From assembly GCF_000738915.1 (NCBI RefSeq), contig NW_026515637.1, positions 682,001 to 746,000 of the forward strand: DNA of 64,000 nucleotides, given 5' to 3'. Each line of letters starts with the position of its first letter. The stretch's first letter is position 1. Below the pieces are notes generated by a model, which searched no databases, was not told where the DNA came from, and worked only from the letters and a program-made list of their open reading frames with translations. Positions 7,870-18,360 of the stretch are shown piece after piece. Both the position numbers and the translations under genes were made by a program. This DNA comes from Nematocida ausubeli (lineage: Eukaryota).

Positions 7870-10107
7870 ATGAAAAAAGAATACTTCACTATAATACTAG
7901 CTATATTGGGCCTTACACTCTCCCAGAAAAGAGTATCCTGTGCAGCGCCCTCTACTGAGCGTATAGTCCAAATTGCACGCCATAATATCACAGAACAACA
8001 ACAAAAAAACCTTTTTATAACGGCAAAAAATCATAAAACAAAAATTTTCTCAAAAGACGCAAATAATCTAGCCTGGAACCTTTTCATTGACTTATGCTTC
8101 CATACAGAACAAGAAGATGAAAAGACCATCCCAGATTTAGTCTGGAATTACAGCATAAATAGAACAATCACAGAATACAACAAGATTAAGCCTAAGAATA
8201 AGACTAAAATAACAGAATTTTCCAAAAAATATTTTAAAAAATCAAAATCTGATATAACCCGATATAACCCGATTATAACCCGATATAACCCGAATTATAA
8301 AGAAATGCTAGCAGGCGTACGCCGTATATGGAAGGCACTAATTAAAAACCCAAATAAAAATAGAATGAAAAGCATAATTCCCCAAAGAAGGAATATAGTT
8401 GTCCCAGGGGGAAGATTCCAAGAGGCATATTACTGGGATTTCTTCTGGATGGAAAAAGGCCTAATTATATCTAAAGATGAAAAAACCGTTAAAAATATGC
8501 TAGATAATTTTGCAGACCAAATTAACGTATTCGGGTTTATTCCTAATGGCACCAGATGGTACTACACTAATAGGTCACAGCCCCCATACTTCACACAGAT
8601 GTTATTCGAGTCACTTGATGAATTTAAGAAAATCAGGGAAATTGTACGGACAGGCGGGGGTAGTCATAAAGTGAAAAGTACACCAGGAATAGAAAATATT
8701 TCAAAAAAGATAGATAAGCTAGGGATAAAAGATAATTTAAAAAAATTAAGAAAATTAACTGGAAGTGCAGTAATTAGTAAGGGCATTAAGGATATAACAC
8801 AAAATACACTGGATATTGAAGATAGTAAGGATATTCCATTGAGTAATGAAGATATAACGGAAAATACATTGAGCGGTGAAAATTTTTATAAAAATAATTT
8901 ACAAAAAACCGTTATAACTGAAAACACTGAAAACACTGAAGATAATCCACAAAAACCCGTTATAATCCAGCAACCCCTAATTAGAACGTATTACTCTGAG
9001 GCCCTTAATAATATCGATGTGAATATATCTAATTATAACCTAAATGCAGCAGATAAAGAATTTATTTTTTGGATAAAAAACAGAACCGTAAAAGTAAAAG
9101 ATAATTTAGGAAAATCTCACATACTTTTTAGATATAGCCCTGATACGGATAGCCCCAGACCTGAAATGTTTATCTCAGATTTAATTTCAAATGAAAATTA
9201 CAAGCTAATGGGTAATGGCACGTACTACAAGCACATCACGGCAGCCACAGAGTCCGGATGGGACTTCTCAAAAAGATGGAGAATTTTTGATGAAAAATCA
9301 AAAATGTACGGTTTTTTAAATACAAAAAATATAATTCCTGTTGATTTAAACAGTATTTTCGTTAAAAATGCACGTTTATTGCACCTGGCATACAAGAAAA
9401 AAGGCAAATACAACAAGAAAAAGGCAGAATTCTACCAAGCACAAGCGAATCAACTAGCAAATTCCATTGACACCTTAATGTGGGATGAAAATTCCAGCAG
9501 ATGGAGAGATATAATATTAGTGAAAAAAAAAGACGGTTATTTTTCAGAGAAAAAAAAAGACAAAGCATTCTACCACAGTGACTTACACCCATTATACATG
9601 GATATAGTGAATGACCCACAGAATAATATCCTAAATGCCAACAAAAAGTACATTTGGACGCATAATAATAGACTACCTTGCACTAGCACAAATAAATCAG
9701 AGATAACCCGGAATAACCCGATTAAACCCGATCAAAATCTAAGCATAAAATGCACCCTAGAAGATGCTGTATACAACGAACATATAAAGAATGATCAGTG
9801 GGATGGGGATAATGTATGGCCACCCTTAGTCCAATTGACTGTGGAATATTTAATACGCTCTGGTAATATATCACTGGCCAAGGAGGTTTCTGTCTCTTAC
9901 GCCCTGGAAATGCACAAATATTACAGTGTACATAATAGTCTACCTGAGAAAATAGAATACGTTAAGAATTCAGGTGAATATTCAGTGCAAGATGGATTTG
10001 GATGGAGCATAGGGGTGCTGCAATGGATGGACTACGTATTCGGGGAAGAATTAGGGAAAGAAGTGGACAAGAGAATACATGAAAATGCAGGAGGAAGCAG
10101 GGATTAA
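7870..10107 (+). CDS. Alpha,alpha-trehalase (GH37) with a predicted signal peptide
   Basis: Motifs VVPGGRFQEAYYWD, GFIPNGTRWYYTNRSQPP, PRPE, ATESGWDFSKRW, IPVDLNS, QWDGDNVWPP, GEYSVQDGFGWS; hydrophobic N-terminus. Confidence 0.95.
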   Translation: MKKEYFTIILAILGLTLSQKRVSCAAPSTERIVQIARHNITEQQQKNLFITAKNHKTKIFSKDANNLAWNLFIDLCFHTEQEDEKTIPDLVWNYSINRTITEYNKIKPKNKTKITEFSKKYFKKSKSDITRYNPIITRYNPNYKEMLAGVRRIWKALIKNPNKNRMKSIIPQRRNIVVPGGRFQEAYYWDFFWMEKGLIISKDEKTVKNMLDNFADQINVFGFIPNGTRWYYTNRSQPPYFTQMLFESLDEFKKIREIVRTGGGSHKVKSTPGIENISKKIDKLGIKDNLKKLRKLTGSAVISKGIKDITQNTLDIEDSKDIPLSNEDITENTLSGENFYKNNLQKTVITENTENTEDNPQKPVIIQQPLIRTYYSEALNNIDVNISNYNLNAADKEFIFWIKNRTVKVKDNLGKSHILFRYSPDTDSPRPEMFISDLISNENYKLMGNGTYYKHITAATESGWDFSKRWRIFDEKSKMYGFLNTKNIIPVDLNSIFVKNARLLHLAYKKKGKYNKKKAEFYQAQANQLANSIDTLMWDENSSRWRDIILVKKKDGYFSEKKKDKAFYHSDLHPLYMDIVNDPQNNILNANKKYIWTHNNRLPCTSTNKSEITRNNPIKPDQNLSIKCTLEDAVYNEHIKNDQWDGDNVWPPLVQLTVEYLIRSGNISLAKEVSVSYALEMHKYYSVHNSLPEKIEYVKNSGEYSVQDGFGWSIGVLQWMDYVFGEELGKEVDKRIHENAGGSRD

Positions 10108-10238
10108 GTCTTGTCATTTTTAGAATAGAATGGATTAAGTTCTGTCAAGGTGGAAATAGTCTTGTCAAAGTGGATTAAGTCTTGACAAAGTGGATTAAGT
10201 CTTGTCTAGTTTATAAAAAGTGGAAATAGTTCTGTCAC
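10101..10238 (+). repeat. Family A array starting over the trehalase stop codon
   Basis: GGATTAAGTCTTGTC overlaps the TAA at 10105-10107; about six units. Confidence 0.85.
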
Positions 10239-10467
10239 TCTGGCTATATATGACTATATACGTCAGAATATTATTCTGTCTAATATAACCCTATATAAGC
10301 CATATACGCATATAAATAGACTAATTATAAGAAGTGCAATCTTATACATACCGTATATAACCCAATATATTCCTAAATAATATGAATATTCCCTGTGCGT
10401 AATACGAATACTATGTATATTAGTATATATAGACATAATAAATCTTTTAATTAATTTTTAGTTATAG

Positions 10468-10722
10468 ATAGACTAAATATAGTGAATTATAGTGGGAATA
10501 TATAGGGATAGACTAATTATAGTGAATTATAACAGGAATATATAGGTATAGACTAACTACAACACAATATGAATAATTACATCATAATATGACTAACTAC
10601 AACAGGGTTATATCCTATATATTAATTGTATCAGGATATACTAAATATAACACAATATGACTAATTATAACAGGATATGACTAATTACAGTGGGATATAC
10701 TAAATACTAGATATTTAGTCTA
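10468..10722 (-). repeat. Family B array, reverse orientation
   Basis: GACTAATTATA / GACTAACTACAACA units. Confidence 0.75.
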
Positions 10723-10937
10723 TATTAAAGCAGGATATACCCACATATACCTATTGCAACACTCTTTAACTGAAAATACCCGACATTTTATCAATAAAAA
10801 CAACAAATAACTGTATCTCCCGAATATAATATAATAAAACCAATAAATGCCTGAATTAATTAACTGTGTTTTTATTTAACTGTGCTTTTTATCTTTGTAT
10901 TCTTCATGTCTCTGTGTATTTTTTGTCTCATTTCCCA

Positions 10938-11942
10938 TTAAAAGTCATCATTCATGGCAAACCCTTGTGACTGTGGTGCCCCAACTGATGCCCTCTTGTA
11001 TTCACCCACTCGCATCTCAAAGAAGTTCGCCTTCCTTCTGAGTGAAATTAACTCCATGAAGTCAAAGGGGTTCTGTGCATTGAAAATCTTCTCTTCATTT
11101 AAGGCAAGCAATAACCTGTCAGCGACAAACTCAATGTACTGGCACATTGTATCTGCATTTATCCCAATCAAAGAGACAGGCAGTGCGTCTGTCAAGAATT
11201 CCTTCTCAATCTCAACTGCCTCCAAGACTATTTTAGATATATTCTCGCACTTATTCACCAAGTGAGAGTGCAATAAGCATGCAAAGTCACAGTGCAGACC
11301 TTCATCCCTGCTGATAAGTTCATTAGAGAATGTTAATCCAGGCATAAGTCCCCTTTTCTTCAACCAGAATATAGAGGCAAATGACCCAGAGAAGAATATT
11401 CCCTCTACGCATGCAAATGCGACTAATCTATCTGCAAAACTAGCCTCTTTATCAGATATCCATCTTAGTGCCCAGTCTGCCTTCTTTTTTATGACAGGAA
11501 TATTTTCAATTGCTTGGAACAAGAAGTTCTTCTCTGCTGTGTCTTTTATGTATGTGTCTATGAGTAGACTGTACATCTCTGCATGAATATTCTCGATCAT
11601 TATTTGGAAGCCATAGAAGCATCTGGCTTCGCTTATTTGCACTTCTGAAGCAAACCTCTCTACTAAGTTCTCATTGACAATTCCATCTGAGGCTGCAAAG
11701 AATGCGAGTACGTAGGATATAAAGTGTCTTTCATTATTATTTAGGTTATCCCAGTCTGCTTGGTCTTTAGACAGGTCTACTTCTTCTGCTGTCCAGAAGA
11801 CTGCGACTGCGTCCTTGTAGAGTGCCCATATGTCATGGTGCTCTATTGGGAATATTACGAATCTGTTGTTTGATTCTGTTAATATTGGTTCTTCTGGTCT
11901 GGAAATCATTTGTGTTGTTTTTTGTGCTTCTCTTTGCTCCAT
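10938..11942 (-). CDS. RNR2: Ribonucleotide reductase small subunit (class Ia beta)
   Basis: [60 protein letters not shown]-terminal DDF. Confidence 0.98.
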   Translation of the reverse strand: MEQREAQKTTQMISRPEEPILTESNNRFVIFPIEHHDIWALYKDAVAVFWTAEEVDLSKDQADWDNLNNNERHFISYVLAFFAASDGIVNENLVERFASEVQISEARCFYGFQIMIENIHAEMYSLLIDTYIKDTAEKNFLFQAIENIPVIKKKADWALRWISDKEASFADRLVAFACVEGIFFSGSFASIFWLKKRGLMPGLTFSNELISRDEGLHCDFACLLHSHLVNKCENISKIVLEAVEIEKEFLTDALPVSLIGINADTMCQYIEFVADRLLLALNEEKIFNAQNPFDFMELISLRRKANFFEMRVGEYKRASVGAPQSQGFAMNDDF

Positions 11943-11986
11943 GCTTCTTAAAATTCATTTTGTATTTATAGTTTTAAAATGCCGCC

Positions 11987-12046
11987 GGCGGGTAAAAATT
12001 ATTAGGCGGGAAAATATGTGGGATATTTGGGGAATATTGGCGGGAG
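11987..12046 (-). promoter_or_regulatory. Three E2F-like sites (TTTACCCGCC, TTTTCCCGCC, CTCCCGCC) upstream of RNR2
   Basis: GGCGGG at 11987, 12005 and 12039 in otherwise very AT-rich DNA, 45-100 bp upstream of the ATG; the middle copy matches the TTTSSCGC consensus. Confidence 0.6.
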
Positions 12047-12479
12047 ATATTGTATATATGGTGTATATGGGGTAATGAGTGTATATTGTGTGGTAATTGG
12101 TTATAATTAGGGTGCTTGTTTTAATGGAACTTTAATGGGATTCTGAGGTGTAATAATTGGGTCTCATGATTAAAATTGGTTAATATAGTGTATAATAGTG
12201 TATAGAGGTGTATATATGGGTATAATGGGGTATAACGGTGTTTTTAGTGTGTATTAAGGCATATTTATGGGGTTTTAGGGTTTCGGGTTATTTCGGGTTA
12301 TATCATGATAGAAGTGTTTAAAATGAAATGTATTTGTGTTATACGTATATATACGTGGATATACGTGAATATATCTGGGTATACATGGATATATCTGTAT
12401 ATTCTATTTGTCTTTATTTTCATGCAAGAAGTCTCTTTTCTCTCTCATGGAATTATTAATTTATAAACAAACAAGAGAA

Positions 12480-12780
12480 GGTGACTAATTGTATACGGGA
12501 ATATATGGGAATATATAGAGGGAGGAAATACTGTTGTAATTAGTCTATTTAGGATATATAGTAGTAATATACTGTTATATTTGTGACTAAATATTCGGGT
12601 TATTAGTAGGATACTGATGTAATTAATCATATACTGTTGTATCTGTGACTAACCATACTAATTATACTAGGACTATTAGTGGGTTATTATAATTAGTAGG
12701 GTACTGTTATATTTGTGACTAACTATACTTGGACTACTGCTGTAATTAGTCATACTCTGTTATATCTGTGACTAAATATC
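12480..12780 (+). repeat. Family B array
   Basis: CTGTTGTAATTAGTC / TGTGACTAA units. Confidence 0.75.
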
Positions 12781-13082
12781 CATAGATCATAAGATTTTAA
12801 TTATTAATATCCTCTATATAATAGTTCTTTATAAATAACAAGAATATAAACAACTTCACTTTATAAATAAATTCACTCCAATACCCCCCCTTATATATTC
12901 CAAGTATATATAACCCAAGTATAAATAAATTCACTCCAATACTCCCCTCTTATATAGTCCGAGTATGTCTAGTCCAAGTATATATAAACTCACTAAAACC
13001 ATAATCTTCCAATACTCCCCCCTTAAAACACCTTCACTTTAAACACCTTCACTTTATATACTCCAAAAATAAAATATTCCCC

Positions 13083-14573
13083 ATGGAAAATACTCACTCG
13101 TATTCTCTTACACGGAAAATACTTCATGCCTTGGAGGATGACCTGGAAGGACTATTTAATCTACTGTCTAAATCTAAGAAGAAAGGCTTATTTATTCCTT
13201 CATCTATTCTGGTGCTAATTATAGAAGATAAAAAACCACTTCCCCCTTCAAAAGTTCTTTGCATGCGGTTGTTGCAAAGTAATTTGGAAATTGCAGAAGA
13301 AAAGAAAGAAATCTCTTATTTAGTGAGTAGTATGCGGTTTATGTTCCGGATATCAGAAATAATCAAAATAGATGCAGAAAATTGGGATGATAAAAATCAG
13401 AGTGAAATAATCCCTGGGAACACCCTGGGAATACTTGAGTGCATCTCGGATATTTTGGGGCAAGTGAATTTTCACAGGAAAGAGGCTATCTTGGATGTAA
13501 TGCAGCAAGCAGGCATATTCTTATTGATTAATCTGTGGTGTACACCTGGACTACTTAAATTCTACAATAATGCACTAGCACAGACTAATATTCTTGTTAT
13601 TTCTGATGGAAAATCTGAAGTATCAGGGAATAGTAGGAATGAAATTGGGACAGCCCGGGATAAAGTGAATACGCCTTATAGGATTCCTGTGGAAGAGTCT
13701 CTGTATAATAAAACCACAGTATTAGTGCACAGAAGAAGATCTGAATTCTTTATGCCAAAATATTTCAGAATGTACCCGGAGGTGCACACGGAGGCATACA
13801 GAAGAATATTCTCATTCCAGGATGAATATGAAATATTCCATAAATCACTTGTAAATTGGTGCAAAACAGCAGGAAATCTGAAGGAAATTGAATTTGTGTG
13901 CATCTCCCATTTAGACCACCTGTCGACTAAGGTGGAAAATGAGACGTACGAAAATGAAGTGATTTTTTGTCTGGGAGTGCAATTCTATTCTGCTGTAGAG
14001 AATACTTTTGAGGAAGGAGATGGGAGACTATTAAAAAGCTATGTGAAATTCATTAAGAAATGCAGGGAAGTTAAGAATCCTGTGATTAAAGGGACTTCTT
14101 CTGTGGCTGCGAATAGGATTACCTTGCAGGCTGGAAAGTATTTAGTGAATAAGATTATTTCCCCTGGGAAAGAGACCAGAAATAACCCGAAATTAGAAAT
14201 ATTCAGGCAGAAGGCAGAATTAGTTGTAGGCTTAAGTGCCCTCTGTGATATATTTAATGAGTTCGGATTGCACTCTGGCTTCCATAAAATAATCGAGAGA
14301 GAAAGTGGCAGGATCTTGGAACTATTGGAGATCCAGCCAGAAGAAGAAATAATCGTGCACTGTACGTCTATTATTCGTGTGCTTAGTGTCCTTGAAGGAA
14401 TTCCAATTTCTTTGTTTTCTCCTTCGAAATTGTCTCTTGTCCTGTGGGTATTAGAGAATGTTGAAATTTCCGACAAAAAAGCAAAAAAGTGGCTAGACGC
14501 ATACATGCAGGAAATATCATCCATTTATAATCCAGCCCATGAGAACTTCATAGCCAGGTCACTTTGCTTCTAG
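13083..14573 (+). CDS. Hypothetical protein, probably helical
   Basis: 496-aa ORF with CCCC before the ATG; no recognisable motif. Confidence 0.7.
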   Translation: MENTHSYSLTRKILHALEDDLEGLFNLLSKSKKKGLFIPSSILVLIIEDKKPLPPSKVLCMRLLQSNLEIAEEKKEISYLVSSMRFMFRISEIIKIDAENWDDKNQSEIIPGNTLGILECISDILGQVNFHRKEAILDVMQQAGIFLLINLWCTPGLLKFYNNALAQTNILVISDGKSEVSGNSRNEIGTARDKVNTPYRIPVEESLYNKTTVLVHRRRSEFFMPKYFRMYPEVHTEAYRRIFSFQDEYEIFHKSLVNWCKTAGNLKEIEFVCISHLDHLSTKVENETYENEVIFCLGVQFYSAVENTFEEGDGRLLKSYVKFIKKCREVKNPVIKGTSSVAANRITLQAGKYLVNKIISPGKETRNNPKLEIFRQKAELVVGLSALCDIFNEFGLHSGFHKIIERESGRILELLEIQPEEEIIVHCTSIIRVLSVLEGIPISLFSPSKLSLVLWVLENVEISDKKAKKWLDAYMQEISSIYNPAHENFIARSLCF

Positions 14574-15168
14574 GCGACAATTTTTGTGCGTTAAAGTGTG
14601 ACAATTTAACACGGGTTATATCCACCATAAAGAAGTATTTTCTCTCTGCTTCTTGTTCTTCTTATGCTTCTTATAAGAATAAACCTGTCACATGATAATA
14701 TGCAGGGTTATTGAAGCATAAATATATTTAATTATTTTAATAAAATCAGCTAGTGAAAGGCCTTTCTCCTTATATAATATGGTGTGCTAAGAGGGAAGAA
14801 ATATTTCAGTGAGAAAATATTAGTCTGTAATAGATAGTGGTATAGGGTAGTTATTAAGGGTAGTTTATTTCTATCACATGATTGATCTATCTGGTCTGTG
14901 GCTCTTTTAGTCTTTTAATATTTTCATGCGGTTTAGTAGTAGAGTGATATACGGAAATACTTTCCATATGCAGAATATCTTGTAGTACAGACTAATTATG
15001 TGGTAATTTTAACACATACATAATATACATTTTATTACTACTTACATGTATATAGCCCATATATAGCCAGAAATTGTTCAAATTACCCAAATTATTCGTA
15101 TACAACCAGATATAACCTTGAAATTGCTTGAAATTCCCTGTATATAACTAGATACAACCACGAATTAC

Positions 15169-17259
15169 TCACGCCCCAAAGAACTCGTAGACCCGGGTCC
15201 CATGCACTTCCCCAAGTGCACTAATTAGTCTTTCCTTTGATGCAGTTATTAAATCATGCATTGACTGAAATCTCTTGAATATTATACTGACGTTGTCATT
15301 ATTTACACCAGGCACAGAAATAAGTGCCTCAATTACAGCAGGTGACTGCGCCTTGTGCGAAGTTATTTCAGTTGCTGGCTTGCGTGCAAGTGCATTTATT
15401 AGGGCACTGGAGTGTCTCTCCGTTGAAGAGTAAAATATGTACGTTGTTTTCATGGTTTCTAGGAGCGTGATAATTTTGCTTGTTAAATCTATCTGCTGCA
15501 GCCTATTTGTATAGCTCATAAAGCTTATTTTTGTTTCTGTTGGAAATTCAATTAATAAATAGCCTGACCCCCGGATGTAATCTAGTGCCTGCAGTTGCTT
15601 CATGAGTCTCCCATTGTTCAAGGACCCTGCAAAGTCATCAATCCTTTTTCTTTCTATGTAGTAGGATTTGTTTAAAATGTAGTCACCCACTGGGAGCTGT
15701 TTAAATTCCAAGCGAAATTGACTGTTGAATTTTTGTGCTAAATAGAGGGGCAGGGAGCTTCTTAGTTCTCTTATGTCTATCTCCAGAAGGGGTGCATTTG
15801 GGTTATTTGGCTCCTTTGTGTAAAGATTTTTGTCTATTGCTTCTGGCCTATTTTGCTTGAAGCCTATTCCATACAGGAATGCGTCTTTTTCTGCTGCAAT
15901 TTCCTGCAGATAATTAAGTTCCTCTGAGGAGTCTCTTAAGTTTATAATTGTCACTGAAAATTCTACTCCTTTTTTATTCCATCTCTCACGGCACATATTT
16001 ACCTTTCTTAAGAAGCCCAGGGAGTGGTTCATTAGGATGATTTTAGTTATTTTTGGGTTATTTCTGGTTTCAGTGATTTTTTCCCTCTTTTTTGCTTGTA
16101 TGCCTTGCTTGCTTAGATGCGTGTGAATTGATGAAATAAGTTTCTGGCTGGAGCATATTCTGCCTGGCACAGAATCCAGGCCATAGCACTCTCTGGGGTC
16201 TATTTCCTGGTTTCTGGTTATTTCTGGCTGGTCTACGAAGATTAGTGCGTCTTCTTCTGATATTTTCTGTAAAAGTGCTTTCTTTGGGAAGGCTTTTTCT
16301 TCTTTGGATATTTCCTGGGACAGCTCCAGTATTATTTCAATTTCTGGTAAATTAAGCCATGCCAGGATGTGCTGGTAGACCACTGTTCTGGAGTGGATTG
16401 TATCTGGAATTCCGTACAGTTTCACTAATTGGTTCATCACATGCGAAATATCTGAAATATCCCGAATATACTGCAAGAATCTTTCAATTGGGGAATTATG
16501 CAGGAGAAATAATCCGAACTCCAAGGATGCAACTGTTTTTAGGATGTACTCCCGAAAGCCTGAGTTATTACCAATGTTCTTTACCTTTCTGGCTAGCTCC
16601 ATTAGCTCTGTTTGGATCTGTCTTCTGTGCGGGTCTATGGGAATGGTTATTTCATTTACTTCAAGATCCCCAAATGCTTTGATGACAGACTTTCTGAAGG
16701 CAGGGTATAAGAACACCCCAGATGCAGGAAAATATCCTTTCATGGCAATATCTGCGAATGATTTATTTGCAGCCCATTCAAATAGTATATTTATAGGGCC
16801 GTTGAACCCGAAAAGAATAAAATCCATCATTGTCTTTGTACAGGGCAGGAATCTCTCTGCAACTGCGTATACAACCCGAATCAGTCCAGAACTAACCTGA
16901 ATATTATCCTTCAGAATATCCAGCAGGAAAATGTGTTCGTTCACAAAAACAGTTCCAGGCTCGTTGTAGATTCGCTTTCTTTGGGCGCTGGTTGTTTTTA
17001 TGGTTATTTCTCGGGGTATTTTAACTTTTCTTTGCGTTTTTGTGTTTTTTAAAGCTTCTTGCATTGAATTCTGCAATTTCTTGATGTACTGCTGGGTGCA
17101 CCCTATTATAACAAGGGTTTCTTCTGATTTGTATGCGATGTTTTTGAGAATTATGCCTAGGCGTATGCCTTTGTATAGCATGTGGATTGATCTTTTATGG
17201 GAAAGAACTTCCTTTACGATTTTCTTCTCATGGCCATGCATGCATTCAAAAAAATCCAA
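15169..17259 (-). CDS. RAD1: XPF/Rad1 (ERCC4) structure-specific endonuclease
   Basis: Nuclease-domain motifs IDIRELRSSLP, LPVGDYIL, YIERKRIDD..SLNNGRL, LLIEF; C-terminal HhH (LISVPGVN); degenerate helicase-like N-terminus. Confidence 0.88.
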   Translation of the reverse strand: MDFFECMHGHEKKIVKEVLSHKRSIHMLYKGIRLGIILKNIAYKSEETLVIIGCTQQYIKKLQNSMQEALKNTKTQRKVKIPREITIKTTSAQRKRIYNEPGTVFVNEHIFLLDILKDNIQVSSGLIRVVYAVAERFLPCTKTMMDFILFGFNGPINILFEWAANKSFADIAMKGYFPASGVFLYPAFRKSVIKAFGDLEVNEITIPIDPHRRQIQTELMELARKVKNIGNNSGFREYILKTVASLEFGLFLLHNSPIERFLQYIRDISDISHVMNQLVKLYGIPDTIHSRTVVYQHILAWLNLPEIEIILELSQEISKEEKAFPKKALLQKISEEDALIFVDQPEITRNQEIDPRECYGLDSVPGRICSSQKLISSIHTHLSKQGIQAKKREKITETRNNPKITKIILMNHSLGFLRKVNMCRERWNKKGVEFSVTIINLRDSSEELNYLQEIAAEKDAFLYGIGFKQNRPEAIDKNLYTKEPNNPNAPLLEIDIRELRSSLPLYLAQKFNSQFRLEFKQLPVGDYILNKSYYIERKRIDDFAGSLNNGRLMKQLQALDYIRGSGYLLIEFPTETKISFMSYTNRLQQIDLTSKIITLLETMKTTYIFYSSTERHSSALINALARKPATEITSHKAQSPAVIEALISVPGVNNDNVSIIFKRFQSMHDLITASKERLISALGEVHGTRVYEFFGA

Positions 17260-18360
17260 ATATTTATGCTATAGCTAGTCTAAGTTATTTTTAAGTTATA
17301 TTCGGGTTATTTTGAGTTATATGCCATTTTAGGCGCATTGATTTATTGTATGGGAATAATGCATGCAGAGACAAAGAAACTGCAGTAGTGCTAGATCTAT
17401 TCATAGATACAGTGTGAGGGTTGTTAATTTTGAGTGTCATGTTATATTGGATATTTCGAGTATTTCTGTTTATAAACTCATTTGTGCATATACTTGTCTA
17501 TATTCTTACAGAAAAGTAGTTCTAATACAGTTAAGACATAACTGTACGGTGGTCATTGCATGCAGAAGGCCATTTATTGGTTGAGTCTGAATATATGCCT
17601 GAACATACCTATCCGAAATAAATGACTAAAACTAACTGCACTGAATATTTGTTGTTTACACTAATAATTCGGGTTATAGTATGCAGCCTGATATATGCAT
17701 GTGTCTCTGTATATTTCTGCTTTTTACTCACTTGGATTATATTGGATTTGTGTTTTTCAATATAAATCCTCAAAAATAAAAGCCTTCATATATAATTTTA
17801 TTGTGAATGAGTTTTATTTAAATACAGATTAGAGTAATGAAAATAGTAATATTCTGCATATTTTCAAGAACCTGTCTACAAAAGCAAGCAAGAGTGGTAC
17901 TAAAAGGTTTTACTACTGGAAAAGATACTGCTGCAGATTTAGATAAATTCCAGGTGGGCAGACCCAATATACTAGCAGTATTTCATGAAGATATAGACAA
18001 ATATAACCAGAATTATCATAGATATGGTTCTTGTATGCGCATTGCCACTAGAATACAGGCTATGCCTCTACTTAAAACACCAAAATTTGCATTTATAAAT
18101 GTTATCAAACAGAAGGACATGTTTATATTTAGGATACATTTGTATTGCATGCTTTCCACCCACATGACTTGAGGCAGTGCATTTATATATTTATATGGCC
18201 TAAATTATGCCCTACTAAAACCTTCTGTTTTTACGAAAATATTTCTTAAATTAAATAGAACCAAATAGCCACACTCTACAAAAACACACCACAGTCATCT
18301 GGCTGCATGTAACCAGAAAGTAGCCCGACGTAAAAAACTCAGTTTATTGATACATCCCGA

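Noticed and set aside
17837..18172. 111-aa ORF
   Set aside because: No recognisable features and intergenic-like composition; cannot be supported.
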